This document shows, piece by piece, positions 27,494 through 43,029 of a stretch of 64,000 bases of DNA (the stretch's first letter is position 1; every line of letters starts with the position of its first letter). The notes below the pieces were generated by a model. It ran no database searches. It was not told where the DNA came from and was given only the letters and a program-made list of their open reading frames with translations. Both the position numbers and the translations under genes were made by a program. The stretch lies in NCBI RefSeq assembly GCF_009914755.1, contig NC_060926.1. The stretch is one strand, 5' to 3'. The DNA comes from the human T2T-CHM13v2.0 reference genome, Homo sapiens.

Positions 27494-30400
27494 TTAACAT
27501 GCTTGGTCTGCAATATTTCTCATTTGAAAACTTTTCTACTCCTGGTTCGTGGACTTGTCTATAACTTCCTCTGCCATAATTAAAGTATCTCTGGGCACCA
27601 AAAACATTTACAAAATGACTGCTTTCAACTATGATGTCAATAAAATTCCTTATACTACAAAAATTCTATGATTCTATTATTCCTGCATGGATAATTTACC
27701 AGTAATTCAAGCTTTTTATGTAAGGAGAGAGATTATCAGAAAAACTATGGGGATGCCCCTCCAGGAATTTCATTTTCATTCTTGTCTGGGCATTCTGCCT
27801 TTAACAGCTTTCTCTTTGTGTGTAATGTCCCCACCACTTGGTTTCATGAAACTAGGTATCCCTATATGTGCCTCAGAAACACAAAACACAACAAAATTAT
27901 AGTTGCTGGTCCATCCCTTCATCTCTGCTGATTTTAGGAATTCAGAAATTTAAGAATATGAGAAGTTTTGATTTGGGGAAGAGGAATTAGTATGCATAGG
28001 GGTATACTTTAGTAATTCACTAATGAAATTTTGTAAATGATAATCACTTCCTATTATTTATTTAACTATGCCCACTATTATCCTAGACACATTGAATTGA
28101 GCTCTTAGAATTTTGTCTGTAAATAAGAATTAGAACTATATTTTATGAGGTCACTTTTAACTTAGTCATCAATGATTCCATGTTTGTAAACACATTCTCT
28201 GTCAATCATCTTGCCCACTGGTGATCACCAGGGAAAAGGCAAAAGGTTATTCAAAGCTCAAAAAGAACATTTTAAGTATATGTATTACATCAGCGGCTTA
28301 GTTGCATGTGTATTAAAATGTGAAGGGCAGTATATTATTAATCAAAAGATGGTTATAACTAAGAGTAAGAAACAGGAATTATTTCAACTACAAATATAAA
28401 GCGAATGCTATTTTGACGGTGACTTTTTTTATAATATTTTTAAAACATTATTTTAACAAAAAAAGCTTTTTCAGAGTGCTAAGAGTAATTTGCCTGCTCT
28501 CTATATATAAGCACAGACGCACACACAGACATACACACATATTTCCTAAGTAGACACTTAAGACATTCATATCTAAGTTTTAAAAAAATCTGATTTGGCG
28601 ACACAAAGGCTTCCAAGGGAAGAATTTAACAAAATATCTTGAAGTCTTGAAGCATGAAAAGCCTAAAAAGAAGAATAATACAAAACAAAAACCCACACAT
28701 CAGGGTGGTGAAATGAGAAAGTCAGAAACATTTTCCTTATAAAGTTTATCAACCACACAATTACTTTATGGTTTATATAAAATTATGAACTGCATACAAC
28801 TTATCATGAAAAAATTGCTTCCTGCAACTGAGCTGAGGAATTTAGGGATGATATGTGTCAAAGGTGAAAACATGTTTCTTTTTCAAGCAAAAGATGTGGG
28901 TCATGTGGTAAGGTTCTATTGCAATATCTTCATGGCTCTCTTGCCAAAAGACTGATGTATATTTAATCACTTTATCTAATGGATGTGATTTCTAAAGTCA
29001 CAGTTAGCCATTAGGAAAGCTCTTGCTCTGGTTCAGCTGAGCACTCTGATTACATTTCCTGACTTTGTGGTTTCAGAGAAGCAGAGCTGGTGGAGAATTC
29101 CCTGGCTGGATTCATCAGTCTTTGCTATGGACAAGAGAATACAGTAAGACCATCCAAGTCATTAGTCTTGGGGGTTGGGTAGATTCACTACATCCAAGTC
29201 TTTAGAGCCAAGTGCCCATATGGCTAACTTTAATTACTATAGAACAGATTTTTTTTCCCCAAATTCTTACCCTTCTTGATTAGATTGGAAACAAATCTCA
29301 TTATGGAGTTTTAAATAATTACCATGAAGCTCATCATCATCAACCTGATACCATCTAAGAATATGTTTATGTGCAAAATAATGCAATGATACTTGAAAAA
29401 ATTTAAATTCAAGTATAGTGTGATATGTTTACTGTTGTAAGATACAGTAAAAAATGTAAGTGAGCTAGAATATATCACAAATAGACTTCCCTATTGTCTT
29501 CATTCTATGGCGTTTCTTAAGAAACACGTACAATGTTAAAATAGTACTTGACATCTCAAAAAAAATAAGCCCTAAACCCGTAAAATGGGGAGAAAAAACT
29601 ATAAAGTTGGTATATTGGTAAGTGTGCCTATTATAATGTGAATGACAGTAAGATTTACACGGCCCTACTTTTAACAGCCTGACAGAAAATTTACAGTAGA
29701 TAAATCTATACTACTCATGGATTTATCTGACTTATGGATGATTCCCCTTTAAAGACTGTTCTATTCAATAAAGTTTTACATGCTTGTTGTATGCATTCCT
29801 TTGCTACAAGACCAGAAATAAAGCATTATACAATGTGATCTAAATAACAAGTTAAAAAGATAAAACACCATGGTAAATTAATGATGGTGATAAATGTAAT
29901 AAGCCTACAATAAAAGCAGACTGCAGTAAGACTGAAACTAAGAAACCAAATAAGGCATTAGCAAGGACCTTACATTCTGTACTGAAGTATAGAAATATTA
30001 TTTAGGAAAGCAAGCTTCAATCACAAAACATCAATCATTAATTAAAGTACATCTTGCTTTTCGTATATGCACCTTCATTAGACTCTTAATGAACTGATTA
30101 AAAATGTTTTCTCCAATGGGTTAATTTTTTCTTAGTTGCAGTAACATTGTGGGATATTCTTCTATATACTGATCAAGATACTTTTCCTACACACAGCATA
30201 AGAAGATATTGAGACTTCCACGTTAATCAAACTGAAAAGTAAGACAAGGAATTCCAAATCAGAGCCTATTTTAGAACTATGAGCATTCAACTGAAAACGG
30301 GTCTCCAGATTTCTGTGCTGCTCCATTCTGTTGCCACCAACAATTGATAATTGGTATCATTTTTGTGCAAGTGAGATGTGCCTTGTTAGTGCTTTTTAAC

Positions 30401-30515
30401 TTGAGTGTTTGAAGTTGTTCAAATAATAAACTGTTTTCTCTAAACCAAGATTTAAAAGTTCCAGGATCGATATCTTTCCATTGTATCTGTTTTTTTTTTA
30501 ATTTCTTTCTTATTA

Positions 30516-30860
<345 letters not shown>

Positions 30861-32426
30861 CTAAAAAAAAATTATAATCTACAGCTCCCCACTATGTACA
30901 GAATAACCTGTCATGTCTTTGGTCTGTCATAGAAGGTTTTACTAACCTGATGCTGACAGCCTCTTCTGTTTCCCTATTTGCAGTCTACATTCCAGCTACA
31001 TTATTCTACGTTTAATTTCCCCAAAGGTCAGCTAGATAATTTCTGCATCCTCATAATGTTCCCTTTATCTGAACAGTTTCAACTATCCTGATCACCTGAT
31101 TACTTGCTTTGTAATATTTGGCTCAATACCTCTTGTATGAAAAGATCTGACTTCGCCTCCTTCCTTCCCTCAAATATAAATTCAACCCTTCATCAGCTTC
31201 TCTTTCTCCCATATCTCCAGTCTGCTTTGAGCTGCCAGCAGTCCCCTAAATGCGGATTTTTATCCTACTTCTACAGTGCTTTATTTCTTTCATCACGCCT
31301 GTCTCCTTCAACTAGATTCCAAACTTCATAGACAGGAAATTTGTCTTAGGCATGTATTATCACCAAGGTATAACATGATATCTGGCACATCATATAAAAT
31401 TGTTAAATGCTTGATGAATGAAGATGGTGAAATACTTCTCCTAACCCAAGCACTTGAAGAAGCACGCTATCTAATTATATTGCCTTTAACATAGATGTCA
31501 CACTAATTTAAGACAATTTTAATTATTATTTAACAAAATTTTCTAAGATTTTTCAGTGTTCCAAGAGCATCTTCAAACATTTACAATAATCCATAACTAT
31601 CATTGATTTTACATCAGAAACGCTATCTTTAATTTATGGCACTCTCAATTGCTCTTTTTCTCCTCATTAAAAAAATTAAAACATTGAAAAACAAAGCAAT
31701 TTCCATCCTTTTATGGAGGCTGATATGTGCAAAAAATATAAGGATTCTGCTATTACAACCTGTTTCCCCATTTTAGTGACATCGAAATACAATTTAAAAA
31801 CAACACTATCTGCTTAGGTTTAATTAAAGTAGCTTTTTTTTTCCCCAGCCATAAACAGGAAGGTTAAAAGTTTGGTCAGATGGATGAAAAGGGGGACAAT
31901 ATGGTGGACACCAACTAAAGTTTAAAATTCTCTAATTTGGGATTACACAAATCCCAAAGTTTTTAAGTTCACAGCAGAACTTAAAAATACATTAGGCACA
32001 TTTTGACATGTTCACCAGTACTTAAGCACCTTAAAATTGTAGATATTTTATTTGAAACATATATTTAAGGACAAATTGCCAAATCTTTGAACATCCAACA
32101 AAGCGATCAAGTATTTAATTGTTTTAGAAACCTAGGCACAGATACAATCCTAGATGGTTGATTAACCCTAACTTAATTTTTGCCATTAAAATAGTTTATG
32201 CAGTTTGAAGCTTGTACGCAAATAACAGGGAGAAGCTATACTGAAAAGATTTCATTTCCATTAAATCCAAGACACATTTATTTGCAGAAAGTTGCACATG
32301 TGACTAATTTGGGGTTATTAATATGGTTGAATATAAATATAGCAAATTTTCATTGGGAGAAAATTTAGAAAACTGAAAAGCATAGAAAAAAATAAATGAA
32401 ATTAACCTATTCCAAGAAAATTACTG

Positions 32427-32718
32427 ATTTTTTTTTTTAAAGAGACAATGTCTCCTACTGTTACCCAGGCTGTGGTGCAATCATAGCTGACTGCAACCTC
32501 CAAACCTCATGGGCTCAAGTGTTCTTCCCACCTCAGCCTCCCAAGTAGCTAGGACTACAGGTGTGCACCACTATGTCTGGCTAATTTTTTTTTTTAATGG
32601 AGTCTCTCTCTGTCACCCAGGCTGGAGTGCAGTGATATGATCTCGGCTCACTCCATCACTGCAACCTCTGCCTCTTGGCAGCACTGGGATAACAGGCATG
32701 AGCCACCACACCCAACCT
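32427..32718 (-). mobile_element. Composite Alu: J-type right arm abutting a second, internally deleted Alu
   Basis: Two poly-T starts (32427, 32585). The second unit jumps from ctgcaacctctgcctc to ctgggataacaggcatgagccacc. Confidence 0.75.
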
Positions 32719-33269
32719 GTCTTCTTTTATATATATATACATACTGACAAAATGTTTCCAGAAAGGCTATAAAAATGTATATCATTTTTAGCAACATGTA
32801 AGCATATATTTTCCCACAATGTTAAGTATAGTCATTTAAAAAAAAACTTCATAATTTGATATTTAAAACGTTTTTATCTAAAATGTGAATTTCGTGAAAC
32901 ATTTCTAGTTCTTCTTTGGTCAGTGTCTTTAGTCTCTTGATCTTTTTTCTATTGAAATATTCATTATTTTCTTGTTTGCCAAGGGATTGTGTGTGTGTGT
33001 GGGTGTGTGTGCACACGCTAAGGATATTGATACCTTTTCACAAAAATTTCTTTTTTTTTTCTTTTGCCAGTTTGTCATCTTTTAACTTTGTCTTTACTAA
33101 AACTGGTTTTCAAAAATGAATAGAAATATATAATTACTCTTTAAAGGAATTATGCAGTAACTTTAACATTAAAAATATTTACCTTTTTGTGCATATATAT
33201 GTTTTCCCATTGGGAGGGCAGTTTTATTTTCATGACATATTTCTGGGAAACATAGGCCTAGAAATGAGA

Positions 33270-33551
33270 TTTTTTTTTTTTTTTGACAGATTCTCAGTCT
33301 GGAGTGCAGTGGCATGATCTCAGCTCACTATAACCTCTGCCTCCTGGATTCAAGTGATTCTCCTGCCTCAGCCTCCTGAGTAGCTGGGACTATAGGTGCC
33401 TGCCACCACGCCCAGCTAATTTTTGTATTTTTAGTAGCGACAGGGTTTCACCATGTTGGCCAGGATGGTCTTGATCTCTTGACCTTGTGATCTGCCCGCC
33501 TTGGCCTCCCAAAATGCTGGGATTACAGGCGTGAGCCACTGCGCCTGGCCA
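33270..33551 (-). mobile_element. AluSc-like
   Basis: Reverse dimer with ccaggatggtcttgatctcttgaccttgtgat; flanking aaatgag repeats. Confidence 0.9.
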
Positions 33552-34439
33552 AAATGAGGTTTTTCACACAGTCCCTGGAGTCTTGTCTGAGGCTGGGTGA
33601 GGCTGCTTCTTTACCTCAAACTGAACTATCCTGCTCAGCCTCTGCCTCTTTTCTTTTCTCAGTGTTTGGGTCATCCACCTCCTCAGAGCTACTGTACAAC
33701 ATTTTTTTATTTAGATTTTTGTATAACGAAGTTTCTTTAATGCAGATGACTCTATTCTAAATAAACCTTATATTAATACTCTACATTTTTACACACATAA
33801 TGGTTTGCAAAAAACATTCATTCATTCATTCATTCAAGTTCATTCCAGACATATTTTAGAGGAACTATTATTTGATTATCATCCTAAGCATCAGAGCAGT
33901 TAGTAACTCCAAGAACAGAACATTTTTAAGTTGAAAAGTTAGGTCCAAATTGCAGGTTTATGACTCCCATTTTTTCCCCATAAATAGCATTCTTATATTT
34001 ATTTTTGAAGAATAAATTTAGCCACAAAACTCAAAAGTATGTATAACGAAAAATAATTCTCTCACTCTTCAATGTTTCCCAGCCATCCAAATTCCTCCCC
34101 TGTGGACAACCACAGTACCAACCCCTTGTGTATCCATCCATGTGGTTTTATCAGCATGTATACATCTATTCATTTTTCTTTTCATGCAAATAATACCCTA
34201 TATAAACATTGTTTCATACCTTCCTTCGTCACTTAAAAATCAGACTTGGAAATCTTTCTGTATCAGCATGTATAAAGCTACTTCTTTTTATAGCAGCTTC
34301 ATAAAGTCCTATTGTACAGCTGTACCCAAATTATTTAGTCATTCCCACACTGTAGAACATTTAGGTTGTTTCCCAAAGCTACAATAATTATCTTCTCATT
34401 AGTTTTTTTCTTTTTTTAACCTACTCTTTTGTGGGCTCT

Positions 34440-34688
34440 TTTTGTAACTTTTATTTTAAGTTCAGGGGTACATGCACAGGTTTGTTACACAGGGAAACTT
34501 GTGTTACAGGGTTTTGTTCTACATCTTATTTCATCACCAAGGTCTTAAGCCAAGTACTTATTAGTTATTTTTCCTGATCCCCTCCCTCCTGCCACCCTCC
34601 ACCCTCCAATGGGCCCCAGTGTGTGTTGTTCCCACCTATGTGTCCATGTGTTCTCATCATTTAGCTCTCACTTATAAGTGAGGACATT
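34440..34688 (-). mobile_element. L1PA 3' end, nested in an older L1M fragment (~33990-36780)
   Basis: ttttattttaagttcaggggtacatgcacaggtttgttac...ctcatcatttagctctcacttataagtgag. Confidence 0.85.
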
Positions 34689-34822
34689 CTCTTGAATAGT
34701 TTCACAGTACGGTATTTTATTTGTAAGACAAATGCTTCAGAGTGAAATTGCTGAGTCATAATTGTATGTGCGTTTTTAATTTGCCATAATAAAATATTGC
34801 CGAATTCTCTTTTGTTACCTAG

Positions 34823-35385
34823 TGTAACGCCTACAGGGCCATAGCTGAATTTCTATCCTACCCTAACTCTGCTGATCTTTAAGAAACAGGTAAAATGTTC
34901 CATTTGTAACCAGAGCAGCTGAGATTGCTTAGAACCAAGATAGTTGACTAAAGGACTTCAAGAAGACCTCAGGCATCATTATAATCTCATTTTCATGCTA
35001 AATGACACCCCCACCAGTGCCATGACAGTTGATAATCCCCATGACAATGACCAGAAGAAGCCATAAAAGGACAAAAAGGAAGGCGGCACTCTGGTTCCAA
35101 GAAGTTCACCACCTATTTCTGGAAAAGACATGAACATTCCTCCCCTCACTCTTAATGACCAACTTCTTCATTAGATATACTTTCTATTTCAATTTCCTCA
35201 CTCCTCACTAGTCAAGAAGTTAGCTTGTGCGCCATACTTGCACTTCTCCATTCTTTGGCCATCGAATAAAGCTTGCATTGCTTGATGCTCACTTTCCCAT
35301 TTCTTGTATTGGGTCTCCAATACCAAACAGGGAAAGATGCCACCTTTTGAAACTACCAAGGAGGTTATTGGTATATTGGTAACTC
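34823..35385 (+). mobile_element. Solo ERV1 LTR (MER4/MER41-related group)
   Basis: Starts tgtaac; contains ccaccagtgccatgacagtt as in MER41-like LTRs; aataaagcttg polyA signal at 35265. Confidence 0.65.
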
Positions 35386-35470
35386 CTTCATAAAGGCCTA
35401 TCAATCCATGCTCTCCCCAAACAATGTGTCAGGGATTGTTTGCACATACCTTCAATAAAGTATTTCATAA

Positions 35471-35859
<389 letters not shown>

Positions 35860-36208
35860 TAATTCTTATCATTTTAGTTTGCATTTTCTTTTGTGAGTGA
35901 GGTCAGGGATCTTTTCATATCCTCAGATGCCATTTGTGCTTTTTTTTCTGTGCTCTGTCTGTATGTAGTCTTGTCCACTTTTTTAATAGACTATCAGTGT
36001 TTTATTAATTTAGGAACTCTTAACAAAATAATAAAATTAGCTTTTTTTCTGTGGTATACAATACAAATATTTTTGTAAGTTTGCTGTTTTTGTTTCTTTT
36101 GGTTTATGGTAGTTTATCTTTTAAAAGCATCTACATTTTAATTAAATTGAATTCACCAATCCTTTCTCCAGTGGCTCCTGTGTTTTATATTATCTTAGAA
36201 AATAATTT

Positions 36209-36315
36209 CTACTTCAAGTACTTCATAAGTGTGATGACTGGGTTTTCACATGCATATGTGAGATATTCCTCCCTCAAACCTTGTAATGACATTGATATAT
36301 TATCCATCTCAGGTG
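36209..36315 (+). pseudogene. U13 snoRNA (SNORD13-like) retropseudogene
   Basis: gtacttcataagtgtgatgactgggttttcacatgcatatgtgagatattcctccctcaaaccttgtaatgac...ccatctca matches my recollection of U13 (gtagttcatgagcgtgatgattgggtgttcatacgcttgtgtgagatgtgccacccttgaaccttgttacgac...ccgtctga). Box C GTGATGA is intact, box D CTGA reads CTCA, and an A-rich tail follows. Confidence 0.85.
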
Positions 36316-36926
36316 AAAAGAAAAAAGAAAACAAAACCTTCACATGTTTTCTTCTAGCAGTTTTGTGGTTTGTATGTTATTTTAAATATTTGATTCCACT
36401 AAAATGTATCTTGGGTTAGGTGGCAAAGCAGTAATCTGAATTTATTTTTATCCACATGACTACCCAGGTGTCCCAATGATAACTATTAAATAATATTTCT
36501 TTCAACCTATTTAAGATGCTACCTTTATAATTCTCATATGTAACTATGTCTATTTCTGGATATCGTATTTTCTTCCAATGAACTATCTATGTAGGTCACC
36601 ATACTATTTTAATTACCCTATTTGCATAAAATAACATTATGTATTAGGGTTGGTGCTATTAGATATTACTCTTTTATGTGTGTACAATTTCCCAACTAGA
36701 TCCAGATTATCTAATTCCAAATGGGAAAATTTCTATTTTTATTTTCATTGGGATTGCAATGTCTTTATAAATTAAAAGGTTAAAAGGAACTGCCAATGGT
36801 AAGCACTCTGACTCTTTTTTTAATACCTCTTCTTTAGATTATAAAAACAAAGTATGCCAAGTATAATATCACAAGAAAAACAGGCAGGCTGGCTACTCAT
36901 TTTAGAACCTCTAATGTTAAGTGTAT

Positions 36927-36968
36927 CAATATATATGAAATCAAATACAATATATATGAAACCAAATA
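36927..36968. repeat. Tandem duplication, 2 x 21 bp
   Basis: caatatatatgaaa(t/c)caaata twice. Confidence 0.9.
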
Positions 36969-37367
36969 CTTTTCATTAAATACTTGCCTGATTGCTGAAA
37001 TCTTACCATTGCATCCTTCATAAGTAACATTATGTTAATCATGTAAATAAATTCTTAAAATAATTATTATTTCTTAGAAATGCTTAATTTGGTAGATGGC
37101 AAATCAGTTTAATAACTTCAACAAGAGTAGTTCAATATTTCATGTCCTAAAATCATTCAATTTTATGGCATTTTATAGTAGTTGAACAACTGGTATGCAA
37201 AACAAATTAAGCTGTATATGCGATAATTTTATATTCAGACAACTGATAGGGACTATTTCTAAATTCTATGATTATTAAAATATTGTGATTTGGGTATTTC
37301 ATAATACCCTGTAATAATCATTTATATTATATTTATTATTTTATTATTAAGATAGAAGTTAGTCTTA

Positions 37368-37727
<360 letters not shown>

Positions 37728-38059
37728 AAGAAATTAAAGTTTATAATCTTAAGAAGTGTATTACCCTGGGAAAACTTAAGATTAGTGTCAACATTTGCTG
37801 GCATATCTGAACGTTTTAATAAAAAATTCATAAAGTCTTATCTGTACAGCATGTATAAAGGAAGACAGAAAATACTTCTTAGTTCACGTTAAATCCCATC
37901 TCTCTGTTAGTTAAGACTTTATTGAGAGCACAAAATTATCACAGACTTATGGCTGCAGAACAGGTTCTATACCCTTATTTAAATAATTAGAGAGAAAATG
38001 TATTTCCAATATTATTATACATGTATCCACTTCCCTCAAAACATCAACATGATTTAGGA

Positions 38060-38705
38060 GAAAGTGCATAGTAATAACTTTGGCACCAGGCAGACTTAGG
38101 TTTGAATTTCCTGTTTATTCCATATAATTAGCTCTGCAGCATTATGCAAATTCCCCATAAATGAAAGAGAGAAATATATCTGTCTTATAAAGTTATCATG
38201 TAGAATAGAAATGGTTTTGGTAAAGTGCCTACCACAGTGCCTAGGCTAAATAAATAACAGCAAGATTATTATCCTTCTTCCCTATACAGACTGAAATTTT
38301 TAAATAATAAGCCATGAGTTGGCCAATAAACACAAAACCTTACGAAAATCTTATGTGGAGTATATTTGTTACCTATGTTTTATCTTGCCAAACATGTTTA
38401 TGGCTTTAATTTAAAATATAGATCTGCAGTAAAATAGTAAGACAGCATAACCCAGTTGTTAAATTCATGGCTCCAGAGTGAGAGAGGCATGGGTTCACAT
38501 CCCATCTCTACTGCTTACTAGCTTATGTCCTTGGGGAATTTAATTAACTTCTCTAAAGCTCAGTTCTTATATAGCAAACCGGAGCTGAAAATGATAATCC
38601 TTTAAGGTTATTTTAGTGGAAAAAATTAGACACTGAATTTTAATAACTTAGCACATTTCCTGTTACACTTTCAGTGCACAATACATTGTAACTGTTATTA
38701 TTAGT
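38060..38705 (+). mobile_element. Two MIR copies (~38060-38270 and ~38440-38705)
   Basis: ggcagacttaggtttgaatttc...taaagtgcctaccacagtgcct; gggttcacatcccatctctactgcttactagct...ctcagtt. Confidence 0.7.
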
Positions 38706-41039
38706 GATTTTAGCAACTTTCTTCTAAGTTGATTTTGTATACCTAAAGCTAATGTTCTTAGGAACGAGAATATATTTGCTTACTTTATAATAGAAAAGCT
38801 TTTGTATTGCATATACAAAACCTTTTCTTCTTAGGGAGCTTTCAACTCAGAATATTTTAAAGACTAAAATGTATGCTTATAGCAAAACCAAGACTACATT
38901 GCCTTCTACCAACAGGTGGCAATATATGCCACACACAGCCATTTTAGTCCTGCCAATACAAAGTTCATTAGTTTATTCAGTGTCTACAGGATGTGGGCCT
39001 TGCTTTCAAGGTTATATAAATTCTTAAATCCATCAGGTTTGATAAATGTGGATACACTGAACACACCGAGGATGTTGAAAGATTTAATAACAAAAACATT
39101 GGAATATCATGGGAACCAAAGAAAAATAATAAAATGATCGAAAGTAAGAAAATAATAAATGTGGCAAGTGCATAAAAGTTTAATCATTGACAGTAATGAT
39201 GACCCTCTAGGACTGAGCAGAATTATGCAAAAGTTTAAAATAATGAGCTTAGGCAATAGCCAGCAAGATACAAGGAACATTGTTTTTTTAAAAAAATGAA
39301 AATGCTCTAGCATGAGTCAGAGGATTTTTCATTAGCAGCGGATGCTCCAGAACTTAATGCTAAAGTGAGAAAAGACTAGGTATTCATTCAAGAAGGCAAA
39401 ATCCAAGCACAGTAACAGCTGCTGATGAAATATTCCTGATGGGGCAGGAATTGTTAAAAGCCCTTTAATTCAATATCAAAATAAGTGAGTTAAGAAGCAT
39501 GCATGCCAAAGTATTCTTTGGAACATTTGTGGACATTGTCAAAACTAGTGACATCTACTCATAAGATTTTTGATGAAGACATTGTTTGAGAATCTATATT
39601 AGCAAAGGAAGGGGGTAATCTGGTTTGAGGAGTCTAAAGGAACAGTTTATTTAGTGGAAATTCATCTGGAGATGGTAAAGTACTATGGTATAAATAACAT
39701 GAGTTTACTAACAAACCTTTTGCAAACTAACATGTTCATAGATATGACTTCCTGTGTTTCTTATTTCTCTGCTCTCTCTTGGAACTAAAGGCTGTGATTA
39801 TGGCAAGGTATCTAGGAACCCTCACCATAATCTGGGAATATGATGAAACTCATGTGATATTGTTTAAAATGCATTCTCTTTCTGTTGTTGTTGTTAAAAA
39901 TATATTCAAAGATAAAGGGTATGGCTATTTTTTTAAGGGTGAATTAAATGTGTGATAGTATTTCTTACTTTCTGCCATTTTGGGGCAGAATTTTCAGAAC
40001 CTCACAGATATAAATAGGATTGGAGTCATGAAGAATATTCCAAATTAGATAACAATCACAGGATCACAAATGAATAGGAAGAAAATAATTCCTATCCTTC
40101 CTCAAATTTATATTCCAGAAGGAAGTGTTTTGCCTAAACATTTGCTTTATCTCAGAATCCAAGACTCCTGATCAAATTTATATTCCAGAAGGAATTAAAA
40201 TTATTAAATTATTATTTTTAAATTTATTAGGAATATAACTTTGACCAGGAGGCTTGGATTCTGAGATAAAGCAAGTGCATAGGCAAAAACGGTTCACAAC
40301 AATTCAATGACAAAGGTGCTTAACTTTTATTTACAGACTTCTTTTTATTATTCTAACTGATGAATTGACCTGTTCATTTTTTTAAATGTCCATATGTCAT
40401 ATTTTCATGAAAATGCAAAATTTACTTAGTGACCTGGAGTTTCCATAAATAGTCACCATTTTTCATTTGCTTGTAACTCCCCAGTGGGAAAAGGTATTGC
40501 CTAGGGGACTTAACCTCCACAAGGATTGTCTAAAAACAAGAAATATCTGTGGTATAAACACTAACCTTAAAACTTCAGTTTTCGGTAACAAACTCTTCTG
40601 AAAACACTTTAACAAAACTGAGTGAAAAATAAGTGACTTTACTAAAAATTAACAGAGAGAGGAGATTTTTGAACTTGCTTTATTAAAATAAATCTAAGAT
40701 TCTAAATAGTAGAAATCATTGATCTACTTGACCGTTGAGAAAACAAGATAGCTTTTCTTTCTTACTCATTAATTCAATTTGTTTACTCAAGTATTAAGCA
40801 CCTTCTCTGTGCAAAGCCTTGTAAAATGGTCTGTGTGGATTACAACTACAGCACAATGAATCCTTGTTTGATTTAATCATATCTAGGATTAGAAAATGAA
40901 GGGTCCCTAAATTCATTAACTAGCTAGGCAAGGATATTCTTTCCCATCAGGAATTCTCCTAAATTGCTAGTATATTTATACAACAACTCAAAAGTTTTAA
41001 TACTGGTATAAAAGAAAAAACAGAACAAAACAAAATGAA

Positions 41040-42335
41040 ATGGGAGTTCTTGAAATGGAAGGCACATGTTCAGAGTAAGGCACATTCAGACTAAAAACCA
41101 GATCTCTGGGGACAATGGGTATGGGAAAGCTGGAAACTCTCTTAGAGTCTACGAATTATATAGGAATTTTTAAAAAATCACCAATGAATCACAGACCTAA
41201 ACGTCAGAGTTAGAACTGTAAATTTCTAAGAAAATATCATAGGGAAAAATCTTCGAGACATTAGATTTGGCACATGGACATGGAACCAAAAGCACGGTCA
41301 ACAAAAGAAAAAAAGAGCTGAATTGGATTTTGTCAAAATTGAAACTGTTGTGCATCAAAGAACACTACTAGAAAGTGAAAAGGCAATCCATATGATGGGA
41401 GAAAATAATTGCAAATCATATATCTGATAAGGGATTAACATTGGCAATATGTAAAAAATTCCTACTCCTCAACAAAAAATAAACAAGCAGATTAAAAATG
41501 AACAAAGGATTTGAAAAGACATTTTTCCAAAGAAAGTCAATCAGTACATGGGAAGATGCTCAACATCACCGATCATTTGGGAAATGCAAATCAAAACCAC
41601 AATAAAATATCACTTCACACTTGGTCGGATGGTTATTGTTTAAAAAAAAAAAAGGAAAAGAAACATTGACAAGGGTGTGGAGAAATTGTAACCCTTGTGC
41701 ATTGCTGATAGGAATATAAAATAGTGCAGCTGCTGTGGAAAACACTGTGGTGGTTCCTCAAAAAATTAAACAGAAATATCACATGATCCAGCAATTCTAC
41801 TTTAGGGTATACATCCTAAACAATTAATAGAAGGGACGCATGTAGTTATCTGTACACCAATGTTCATAGCAGCACTAATCACAGTAGCCAAAAAGTGAAA
41901 ACAACCCAAATGTCTATCAACAGATGAACAGATAAACAAAATGTGTATAAATGCACAATAAAATACTACACAGCCTTAAAAATGAATAAAATTCTGATAT
42001 ATGCTACGACCCGGATGAACACCTTGAAAACATTATGCTAAGTGAAATAAGCCAGACATGAAAAGACAAATGCTATAGGGTTCCACTTACATGAGGTACC
42101 TAGAATAGTCACATTCATAGAGAAAGTAGAATAGTGGTTACTGGGTGATAGGGGAAGAGAGGAGTGTGGAGTCATTGTTTAATAGTTACCGAGTTTTTGT
42201 TTGGAATGATGAAAATGTTCTGAAGATGGATGGTGGTGATCGTGTACAACATGAATGTGCTTAATACCTCTAAACTGTACATTTGAAATGGTTAAAATGG
42301 TAAATTTTGTTATATATATTTTACCAAAATATAAA
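41040..42335 (+). mobile_element. L1MB-type LINE (end of ORF2 plus 3' UTR)
   Basis: ggaaatgcaaatcaaaaccacaa, ccagcaattctact, gctaagtgaaataagccagac, gatggatggtggtgat, aaaatggtaaattttgttatatatattttacc. Confidence 0.9.
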
Positions 42336-43029
42336 TTTTTAAATTCACTAGCGTGTTTTGAGATCCGTAAGGCAGAAAGAGTCAGTAAGAGAACAAAATC
42401 ACAGCAGTTAGCAACCGGTCAACCCTGACAACATGCGGTGTCTCCTTGGTATCTGTTTTGCTAGGCAGTAGTCATTTATATCTATGCAGTACCACTATTT
42501 CATGAGAAATAATCATATAATAAACATCAAAATTGATCGAAATATACAAAATATTACTGTACTCCCACCATTAAGTTTCCAAAATGCAAACATTTAAAGT
42601 TACTCTCAATTGTAATCTTTGTCTTATTAGCCCTGCCCCCTGCCCCAAATAGTAAGAGGTTCCAAGAATCCAATCCATTACAGACAGGAAGAGAATATAG
42701 GACATTTAAATATAAATACATTTACATATACATAAATAGTAAATCAGTACATAAATACATATACATGCATGTACATATACATTTACATCTAAATCACAAA
42801 AAAAGACAAAAACATTATTTTTGTATAGAAATTAGAAACTTCTCAAACATTTTTTTCTGGTTTTATGTTACCCATGTCCAGAAAGAGATCCAGTTAAAAA
42901 AGAGCACACTCATCCCTTTCCAAAGTTGTACCCATGCTGGTAATTTTAGCATTGGTTTATCACGCAGCCCTCGACGCAGGTTAGTAATCCCTACAAAATC
43001 AAGAAAAACCCTCATCTTCTGCTTTCAAT

